DNA from: an uncultured Spirochaetota bacterium
Lineage (GTDB): Bacteria; Spirochaetota; Spirochaetia; SZUA-6; CAVTHK01
DNA length: 64,000 nt
Assembly: GCA_963734495.1 (NCBI GenBank)
Contig: CAVTHK010000016.1
Coordinates: 160,001 to 224,000 of the forward strand
Direction of reading: 5' to 3'
Made by a program: the position numbers and the translations under genes
The notes under the pieces: model-generated
What the model saw: the letters and a program-made list of their open reading frames with translations, nothing else
What the model was told of the DNA's origin: nothing
Databases searched by the model: none
In this document: positions 56,431 through 64,000 of the stretch, piece by piece
How the letters are laid out: every line of letters begins with the position of its first letter
Numbering within the stretch: position 1 is the stretch's first letter

Positions 56431-58454
56431 CGGATCAGCTCGAACGCGCGCTCGCGGTCCGTGGTCGGAAGCTCGCACGCGTGATCGCGGCAGACGTACC
56501 ACGTGGGCGCGCCGCCGAGCGCGCGCATGCCGCGCGTGAAAGCAGCCACCGCTTCCGCCTCGTCGCCCGGCCCCTTGCCGAGGAACACGACCCCCGGCAC
56601 GAGCGGCCTGCCGGCCAGCGCCTCGCGCGGGCGCTCGGCCGCGACGACCACTTCCACCGAAGGCCGCGAGGCCAGGTCGATCGCGGCGAGCATGTGCGTG
56701 TGATGCTCCGGGTGCTCGAGCAGTCGGGCGGAGAATGCGTCGAGAATCGCGCGGGCCGCCCGCTCGTACTCCGGTCTGCCCGTCAGGCGCGAGAGGCGCA
56801 GCAGCTCGTGCGCCGCGACGGAGTTGCCCGAGGGCGTGGCGTGGTCCCAGGATTCCTTGCGCCGGAGCAGCAGGGGCGGCGCTCCCCGCGACGCGAACAG
56901 AAGGCCCCCGTCCTCGCCGTCGGCGAACTCGGCGAGCATGATGTCCGCGAGGCGCACCGCCTCTACGAGCCATCGGGTCTCCAGCGTCGCCTGGTGAAGC
57001 TCGATCAAGCCCCAGGTGACAAAGGCGTAGTCGTCGAGGAGCCCCGCGATGGCCGCGTCGCCCGCCCGGTACCGGTGCAGGAGCCGGCCGTCGTGGTCGC
57101 GCATGCGCTCTAGAATGAAGGCTGCCGCCTCGGCCGCGGCGACGGTGAAGCGTTCGTCCCGCAGCCAGCTTCCGGCTCGCGCCAGTGCGGCGATCGCGAG
57201 CCCGTTCCAGTCCGCCAGCACCTTGTCGTCGCGGGCCGGCCGCGGCCGCTTCTCGCGCGCCTCGAACAGCGGCTGCGCGGCATCGCTCCCATCCGTCTTC
57301 GCCGATGGCCTGCGCGGACGGGGACAGGCGACCTGTGCAGGATGTTGGCTCGCGACCTGCTGCCCGAGGCCTCGTCGCGGAAGTTGCCGTTCTCCCCGAC
57401 GTTCATGAGCGCCATCACGCCCGCGGCGTCGCCGCCGAGGAGGCCGCGGATCTCGTCGGCCGTCCAGAGGTAGAAGCGGCCCTCTTGACCTTCACTGTCC
57501 GCGTCCTCGGCCGAGAAGAAGGCGCCTTCGGGCGACCTCAGGTCCCGCAGGAGATAGGCGATGGTTTCGCGGGCGGTCCGCGCGGGATCCTCCGCTGCCG
57601 GTGGCCGCGAAGGCCTCGCAGCAGGCCAGCGTCATCAGCGCCTGGTCGTAGAGCATCTTCTCGAAGTGAGGGACCAGCCAGCCGGCATCGGTCGAGTAGC
57701 GGTGGAAGCCGAACCCCACGTGATCCCAGATGCCGCCGAGGCGCATGCTGCGCAGGGTGTGGTCGACCATCCCGACCGCGGACTTCTCCCGGCGCGCCAT
57801 CCGCAGGAGGAAGGCCAGGTTGTGGGGCGTCGGGAACTTGGGCGCGCTGCCGAAGCCGCCGTGCTCGGAGTCGTAGGAGGCGGCGAGCCGCTCGAAGGCG
57901 CGGGCCAGCAGGGCCGCGGGGTCGAGCGCCTCGGGACGAGGCAGCGTCACCGCGGCGGCGACCGCGCGGGTGATCTCCGACGCGGACTGCTCGACGTCGG
58001 CGCGGCGGCCGCGCCACAGATCCGCGACGCGCGGGACGAGGTCCAGCATCCCGATCAGGCCGGGCCTGCTCGCGCGGGGCACGTAGGTGGCGGCGTAGAA
58101 GGGCTGCAGCGCCGGAGTCAGGAGGACCGTGAGCGGCCAGCCGCCGCGGCCGGTCATCATCTGCGCGACCGCCATGTAGACTCCGTCGATGTCGGGCCTC
58201 TCCTCGCGGTCGACCTTGATGCACACGAAGGTCTCGTTGAGGAGCCGCGCGACCCCTTCGTCCTCGAAGGACTCCCGCTCCATCACGTGACACCAGTGGC
58301 AGGTCGAATATCCGACCGACAGAAAGATGGGCCGGTCCTCGCGGCGCGCGCGCCCCAGGGCCTCCTCGCCCCACGGGTACCAGTCGACGGGGTTCGAGGC
58401 GTGCTGAAGGAGATAGGGGCTCTTTTCCGCGGCGAGCCTGTTGGAACCTGCCAC
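56409..58454 (-). CDS. thioredoxin-domain protein YyaL/SSP411 family (frameshifts near 57300-57600)
   Basis: [73 protein letters not shown]. Confidence 0.92.
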
Positions 58455-58455
58455 C

Positions 58456-59429
58456 CTATTTGCCCGAGTACCAGAAGCCCCGCAGCCAGGCGTGCTTGCG
58501 CAGCGCGTGCAGGAGCGACTTGCCGAGGTCGGGCAGGTCCGATGCCGCCGTGTTGGCCTCCGCCTGCGCCGACGTTGCGGATGCCCGGGATCACGGTGCT
58601 CACGCGCCGGATGCGCCAGTGCGAACTTGAGGGCGACCTGCGGGAGCGTGTAGCCGCTGGAAGCGATCTCCTTTGTGATCGCCTCGACGCGGGCGACGGC
58701 TCGCGCCAGGCGGTCGCCCGCGAAGTAGCGGGCGCGGAAGTCGCCGTCGGCGAACTTCGTGGCCTCGGTGAACTTGCCCGTGAGGCTGCCTTCGTCAAAG
58801 ACGACCCTGACGAGGATCCCCGTGCCGGTCTCGGCTGCCACCGGCAGCAGCTCGGCGGCCGGCTCCTGCTCGAAGATGTTGTAGATGACCTGCACGGTGT
58901 CGACGAGACCGGACCTCATGAGGTCGACGACGCTGTTCTGGTCGTGCTCCGGAGTGGAGACACCCACCGCGCGCACGAGCCCTTCGTTCTTGAGCTTCCG
59001 CAGCACCTCCAGCGGGGTCGGCGCCCGGTTCCACGCCCGCGTCCAGGTGTGCAGCTGCAGCACGTCGATGCTCTCGACGCCGAGGTTGCGGCAGCGCTCG
59101 CGGATGTTCTCGCGGAGGTACTTCTCAGGGTAGCGCTCTTCGGCGCTGTCGTACGGCGACGGGGGCCACGGGCCGGGGAGCGGAGGCGTCTTGGTCGCCA
59201 CGACGACGTCGCGCCGGCTCTTGAGCACCTGGGCGATCAGCCGCTCGCTGCGGCCGTTCCCGTAGCCCGCGGCCGTGTCGATCAGCGTGACGCCCCGCTC
59301 GAGGGCAGCCTCGAGGGCCGCGATGGAGTCCTTGTCGTCCTGGGTCCCCCAGCCGCCGCCGATGGCCCACGCGCCGAAGCCGATCTCCGACACGCGGAAC
59401 CCCGTCTTTCCGAGCGCCCGGTAGTGCAC
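58456..59429 (-). CDS. aldo/keto reductase (frameshifts near 58570-58610)
   Basis: [46 protein letters not shown]. Confidence 0.9.
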
Positions 59430-59547
59430 CACCTGCCTCCTCGTGCTCCGCCGCCAAAGCCGCCTGCGGGCCGGTACGTCCCGCACCTTGCTCCGCGCAA
59501 ACGGTTCTTGTAATGTACTGCAACTTTCGCAGCCTCGGGGAGACGCC

Positions 59548-60741
59548 ATGAAGATCGTGATCGCGCCGGACTCGTTCAAGGGCACCAACTCCGCGCTCAA
59601 CGTCGCGCTCGCTCTCGAGCGCGGCATCCGCAGGGTTGCGGCCGGGATCGAGGCGGTGATAGTCCCCATTGCGGACGGCGGTGAGGGCACGGTCGAAGCG
59701 GTCGTCACGGCGGCCGGCGGCGAATACCGCGACGTCGAGGTCACCGGCCCTCTCGGCGAGCGGCGGACGGCGCGGCTCGGCATCCTCAGCGGGGGTCGCG
59801 CCGTCATCGAGATGGCCGCCGCGTCCGGCCTGCCGCTGGTGCCCGAGGACCGGCGCAACCCCCTCGTCACGACCACGTACGGAACGGGCGAGCTCATCAA
59901 GGCCGCGCTCGACGCCGGCTCGCGCGAGCTGCTCGTCGGCATCGGCGGAAGCGCGACGAACGACGGCGGAATGGGCATGGCGCAGGCGCTCGGCGGATCG
60001 TTCCGCGACGCCTCTGGCCGCGAGCTGGGCTTCGGCGGGGGCGAGCTGGAGCGGCTGGCCGACGTGGACACGAGCGGCCTCGACCCGCGCCTCGCGCAGG
60101 CGCGAGTGGTCGTGGCGTGCGACGTGGACAACCCTCTCTGCGGGGAGCGCGGCGCGGCCGCGATCTACGGGCCCCAGAAAGGCGCGACTCCCGAGATGAT
60201 CCGGAGGCTGGACTCCGGCCTCCGCCGCTTCGCCGAAGTCATCAAGAAGAGGCTCGAGAAGGACGTGCTCGACGTGCCGGGCTCGGGGGCGGCAGGCGGG
60301 CTGGGAGCAGGGCTGATGGTCTTCGCGGGGGGACGGCCGACCGCGGGCATCGATGCCATCCTCGACATCGTGCGGTTCGAAGACCTGCTCTCCGGCGTCG
60401 ACCTCGTGATCACGGGCGAGGGGCGGCTCGACGCGCAGACCGCCTACGGCAAGGTCCCCGTCGGGGTCGCGCGCCGCGTGCGGCCGTACGGCATCCCGGT
60501 GATCGCGGTCGCCGGCGACATCGGCAAGGGGGCGCGCGCGGTCTACGACATGGGGATCCGCGCGGTCGTGAGCACCGTCGACCGGGCCATGCCCCTCGCG
60601 GAGGCGCTCGCCGAGAGCACGCGGGCCCTCGAGGACGCGGGGGAGCGCGTGATGCGCCTCCTGCAGGTGGGCCTGGACATGGGGCGCCCGCGCCGCTCCC
60701 GCCCGACGCGCCGGGCGCTTGACGACTCCCCTTTGATCTGA
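59548..60741 (+). CDS. glycerate kinase (GlxK/GarK family)
   Basis: [43 protein letters not shown]. Confidence 0.95.
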   Translation: MKIVIAPDSFKGTNSALNVALALERGIRRVAAGIEAVIVPIADGGEGTVEAVVTAAGGEYRDVEVTGPLGERRTARLGILSGGRAVIEMAAASGLPLVPEDRRNPLVTTTYGTGELIKAALDAGSRELLVGIGGSATNDGGMGMAQALGGSFRDASGRELGFGGGELERLADVDTSGLDPRLAQARVVVACDVDNPLCGERGAAAIYGPQKGATPEMIRRLDSGLRRFAEVIKKRLEKDVLDVPGSGAAGGLGAGLMVFAGGRPTAGIDAILDIVRFEDLLSGVDLVITGEGRLDAQTAYGKVPVGVARRVRPYGIPVIAVAGDIGKGARAVYDMGIRAVVSTVDRAMPLAEALAESTRALEDAGERVMRLLQVGLDMGRPRRSRPTRRALDDSPLI

Positions 60742-60781
60742 TAGTGTTTCTCCCGATAGAAGCGTTTCTATGAACAGAAAC
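60719..60781 (+). promoter_or_regulatory. trpR-trpB2 promoter with two tandem 18-bp palindromic operators
   Basis: TTGACG(60719)-17 bp-TAGTGT with extended TG; GTTTCT-N6-AGAAGC (60746-60763) abutting GTTTCT-N6-AGAAAC (60764-60781). Confidence 0.7.
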
Positions 60782-61051
60782 AGATCGCGTCCGCTGCGCG
60801 AGATGTCGCGGGCGCTCGCGCGCATCGACGACCCCGCGCTCATCGGCGGGTTCCTCGAGAGCATTCTTACGCCGAGGGAGGTCCGCGACCTCGCCGGCCG
60901 CTGGGAGCTCGTCAAGCTCCTCGCGGAGGGGCGCAGCCAGCGCTCGATCGCCCGCGGCCTGCACATGAGCCTGTGCAAGATCACGCGGGGCTCGCGCGAG
61001 CTCAAGAAGCCGCGCTCGGCGCTCAGGAGGGTCGTCGAGGGCCGTCTGTAG
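60770..61051 (+). CDS. trpR: Trp repressor-family transcriptional regulator
   Basis: LTPREVRDLAGRWELVKLL...SQRSIA..L.MSLCKITRGSRELK matches the TrpR/YerC fold; directly upstream of trpB2. Confidence 0.85.
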   Translation: MNRNRSRPLREMSRALARIDDPALIGGFLESILTPREVRDLAGRWELVKLLAEGRSQRSIARGLHMSLCKITRGSRELKKPRSALRRVVEGRL

Positions 61052-61126
61052 GCCCTTTGTCCCCTGTACGCGGGGGGAGCCTCCGTTTCCCGGGGGTTCC
61101 GCGATACACGAGCCGCAGGAGAGAGT

Positions 61127-62515
61127 ATGGTGACCAAGGTGATTCTGGACGAGAAGGACATGCCGCGCGAGTGGTACAACCTCGCGGCGGACCTGCCGAA
61201 CGCGCCCCAGCCTCCGCTGGGCCCGGGGGGCAAGCCGGTCAGCCCGGACCAGCTCGCGCCGGTCTTTCCCATGAACCTGATCGAGCAGGAAGTGAGCAGG
61301 GAGCGCTGGATCAAGATCCCCGAAGGGATCCTGGAGATGCTGCGCCTGTGGCGGCCGAGCCCGCTGCACCGGGCGCTGCGCCTCGAGAAGGCGCTCGGCA
61401 CGCCGGCCCGCATCTACTACAAGAACGAGAGCGTGTCGCCGCCGGGCAGCCACAAGCCGAACACGGCGGTCGCGCAGGCCTGGTACAACAAGCAGTTCGG
61501 CATCAAGCGCCTCACGACGGAGACCGGGGCGGGCCAGTGGGGGAGCGCCCTCGCCTTCGCGTGCGCGCTGGTCGGTCTGGACTGCAAGGTGTTCATGGTG
61601 CGCGTGAGCTTCGAGCAGAAGCCGTTCCGCAAGCTCATGATGCAGGCGTGGGGAGCCGAGTGCGTGGCGAGCCCCAGCCGCGAGACGGAGGCCGGCCGCG
61701 CCATGCTCGCGAAGCACCCGGAAAGCCCGGGCAGCCTCGGCGGCGCGATCAGCGAGGCGGTGGAGGCCGCGGTGACCGACGCGACCGGCAAGACCCGCTA
61801 CAGCCTCGGGAGCGTCCTCAACCATGTCCTTCTGCACCAGACGATCATCGGGCAGGAGGTCAAGAAGCAGCTCGCGGTCTTCGGGGAGAAGAAGGTCGAC
61901 GTCATCGTCGCCTGCGCCGGCGGCGGCAGCAACTTCGCGGGCCTTTCTTTCCCCTTTATCGCGGACAAGATCAACGGCGCGAAGATCGACATCATCCCGG
62001 TGGAGCCCTCCTCGTGCCCGACGATGACGCGCGCGCCCTTCGTGTACGACCACGGCGACGTGGCCCGCATGACGCCGATGCTGCCGATGCACTCTCTCGG
62101 CCACTCGTTCATGCCGCCCCCCATCCACGCCGGCGGCCTCCGCTACCACGGCATGGCGCCGCTGGTCTCGCAGGCGATCGTCGAGGGGCTCGTCTCGCCG
62201 CGCGCGGTGCAGCAGCTCGAGTGCTACGAGTCGGCCGTTCTGTTCGCGCGCACCGAAGGCCTGATCGTCGCGCCCGAAACCAGCCACGCCATTGCCGCCA
62301 CCATCCAGGAGGCGAAGAAGGCGAAGGAAGAGGGCAGGGAGAAGGTGATCGTGTTCAACCTCTCCGGCCACGGGCTCATGGACCTCGTCGGGTACGACAA
62401 GTACTTCCAGGGGCAGCTGGAGAACTACACGCTTCCCCAGGAGGAGATCGACAAGGCCATGGAGGAGATCAAGGACTACCCGAAGCCGGCGGTGGCCCGC
62501 TCGGGCCGCTGGTAG
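61127..62515 (+). CDS. trpB2: tryptophan synthase beta chain, type 2 (TrpB2)
   Basis: [20 protein letters not shown] (PLP Lys), [30 protein letters not shown]. Confidence 0.95.
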   Translation: MVTKVILDEKDMPREWYNLAADLPNAPQPPLGPGGKPVSPDQLAPVFPMNLIEQEVSRERWIKIPEGILEMLRLWRPSPLHRALRLEKALGTPARIYYKNESVSPPGSHKPNTAVAQAWYNKQFGIKRLTTETGAGQWGSALAFACALVGLDCKVFMVRVSFEQKPFRKLMMQAWGAECVASPSRETEAGRAMLAKHPESPGSLGGAISEAVEAAVTDATGKTRYSLGSVLNHVLLHQTIIGQEVKKQLAVFGEKKVDVIVACAGGGSNFAGLSFPFIADKINGAKIDIIPVEPSSCPTMTRAPFVYDHGDVARMTPMLPMHSLGHSFMPPPIHAGGLRYHGMAPLVSQAIVEGLVSPRAVQQLECYESAVLFARTEGLIVAPETSHAIAATIQEAKKAKEEGREKVIVFNLSGHGLMDLVGYDKYFQGQLENYTLPQEEIDKAMEEIKDYPKPAVARSGRW

Positions 62516-62524
62516 GAAATCGCG

Positions 62525-62556
62525 GGAGGGGCGGACGCGCAGCGCTCCGCCCCTCC
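62525..62556. terminator. GC hairpin between convergent genes
   Basis: GGAGGGGCGGA...TCCGCCCCTCC 11-bp stem just after the trpB2 stop; no U-tract. Confidence 0.5.
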
Positions 62557-62561
62557 GTCAT

Positions 62562-63641
62562 TCACCTGTAATCCCCGAAGAAGATCCCGAACACGAGGGC
62601 GATGTCCCTGTTGCTCATCGATGCGCCCTGGGCCTTGAGCGCCTTGGAGGCGTCGGCCTGCGTGAGCGCGGGGTTCTGCCGCTTGAGGGCGACGAGGCGC
62701 GAGATGGCGTCGCGGTCGACGCCGCGCCGGCCGAAGTTGCCGCCGCGGCTCTGCAGCACGACCACGGCGGTGCGCAGGGTTTCGGCATCGACGCCGAGGG
62801 AGGCCACGGTCTTCTGCAGCGCCTCGACGTCCGCGTCGACCTGGGTCGCCGGCGGAGCGAGCAGCGCGGCCTTGACCGATTCCAGGTCGCCCTTGACCCC
62901 GTCGACGGCCGCGCGGAGCCCCGCGGTCTCGCCCTTGAGGGCGTCGATGTCGGTGCGGGCCTGCGCGAGGTCCTTGAGCGCGGCTCCGCCGCCCCTGGTC
63001 TCCAGCTCGCCAACCTTGGCCTGCAGGCTCTGCAGCGCGGCGGTGCCGCGTCCCTCGTCGTCGGTGAGCCGGTCTTCGAGCGCCTTGAAGCGGTCGGAGA
63101 CGTACTGCATCGTGTCGGCCCGCAGGAACGCGGCGGGCGTGGTCGCGGCCTCCACGAGCTTGCGGCTGAGCGCGTCCTCGCTCTCGAGGGGCCCCTTCAA
63201 CCTGAGGAAATAGTGCCCGACGAGCATGCGGAAGTCGTAGCTGAGCGCGCCGTCGAGGATCAGGCCGATGCCGCCGGGCAGGAACGGCATCAGGTCCTGG
63301 CCCTGGTACGCGTACGAGCGCGGGATGAGGAGAACGTCGATCTCGCCGGGGGCGAGCAGCACCCGGGCGCTCCGCAGCTTCAGGTCGTGGAGTTCGACGG
63401 CCCGCTTGCTGAGCGCGAGCAGCGCCTTCTCCTCGGCCTCGTTGATGGGCCCTTCGGAGAGCACGGTCATCTCGCGTCCGTCCGCGTCGCGGGCGAGAAA
63501 GACGTTATAGGAGCCCTGCCGGCCCTCCGGCGTGATGGTCAGGTCCTGCGCCCCCGCCGCGGCCGCGGAAAGCGCGGCCAGCGCGGCGGCCGCGAGCCTG
63601 GTGAGCCAGGCAGGCCAGGCTCGCGTTGCGGCAGCCTTCAT
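62562..63641 (-). CDS. exported hypothetical protein with coiled-coil region
   Basis: Ala-rich signal peptide; heptad-like segment LQSLQAKVGELE...LESVKAAL; translationally coupled to the upstream gene. Confidence 0.75.
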   Translation of the reverse strand: MKAAATRAWPAWLTRLAAAALAALSAAAAGAQDLTITPEGRQGSYNVFLARDADGREMTVLSEGPINEAEEKALLALSKRAVELHDLKLRSARVLLAPGEIDVLLIPRSYAYQGQDLMPFLPGGIGLILDGALSYDFRMLVGHYFLRLKGPLESEDALSRKLVEAATTPAAFLRADTMQYVSDRFKALEDRLTDDEGRGTAALQSLQAKVGELETRGGGAALKDLAQARTDIDALKGETAGLRAAVDGVKGDLESVKAALLAPPATQVDADVEALQKTVASLGVDAETLRTAVVVLQSRGGNFGRRGVDRDAISRLVALKRQNPALTQADASKALKAQGASMSNRDIALVFGIFFGDYR

Positions 63642-64000
63642 CCTTTGATCTCCTCTGCAGAGGCGAGCAGGATCCGGTCGAAGGCCACCATCGGTTTCCC
63701 TGCTTCGGCCTGCTGCACCAGCGACGCGCGGACGCCGTCGCCCACGGCGGTGATGCGCAGCGTGGCGACCAGCTCGTCCTCCTTGCGGAACACGTAGACG
63801 GTGTCGCCCACCTTCGGGTCGTGCAGGCGCGAGATGTACAGGAGGATGGACTGGGGGTCCCGCGGGTCCAGGATGTAGCCGCCCTCGCGTGAGGAGCGCG
63901 CGAGCTGGTCGAGGGCGACGGCGAACTGGTCGATCTGCCCCTGGAGGCGGCCGATGCGCGCGTCACGCGCCTGGAGCCGCTCGGCAAGTGCGGTCCAGAT
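63638..64000 (-). CDS. hypothetical protein (C-terminal part; runs off the window)
   Basis: Open frame IWTALAERLQARD...GGYILDPRDP...YVFRKEDELVATL...FDRILLASAEEIKG*, whose stop overlaps the next ATG (ATGA). Confidence 0.7.
   Translation of the reverse strand: MWTALAERLQARDARIGRLQGQIDQFAVALDQLARSSREGGYILDPRDPQSILLYISRLHDPKVGDTVYVFRKEDELVATLRITAVGDGVRASLVQQAEAGKPMVAFDRILLASAEEIKG

Noticed and set aside
57492..60131. Apparent AKR-YyaL fusion
   Set aside because: Indels near 58570-58610; the AKR C-terminus ([10 protein letters not shown]) ends at 58456 in another frame

Overview
High-GC bacterial chromosomal window, probably from a Spirochaetota genome bin. This is inferred from spirochete-style hypothetical proteins and a TPR-SpoIID fusion, not from a marker gene. 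It is gene-dense and mostly metabolic. In order it carries: small hydrolases and transporters; an atypical transketolase-family gene with a histone-like basic tail; clpS-clpA; Mn/Fe-SOD; an Rrf2-led SUF operon (sufT-C-B-D-Rieske-S-U) with a clear promoter and palindromic operator; pntAaAbB; a more AT-rich TetR/P-type ATPase insert next to a possible IS1182-like scar; an ~18.5-kb TCA-cycle supercluster (sdhAB, sucCD, sucAB-lpdA, gltA, two tandem mdh paralogs, acnA, fumC, a TPR protein, rubredoxin) that lacks icd and any Sdh membrane anchor; yyaL, an aldo/keto reductase, glycerate kinase; and a trpR-trpB2 unit with tandem 18-bp palindromic operators. Several housekeeping genes carry clustered 1-nt indels that look like long-read assembly errors rather than true pseudogenisation. 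I saw no rRNA, tRNA, CRISPR array or intact mobile element. The strongest candidates for something new are the anchorless SdhAB, the divergent second MDH, the GEG-motif transketolase with a basic tail, the TrpR operator, and a hairpin repeat family lying just upstream of two Fe-S-related genes.
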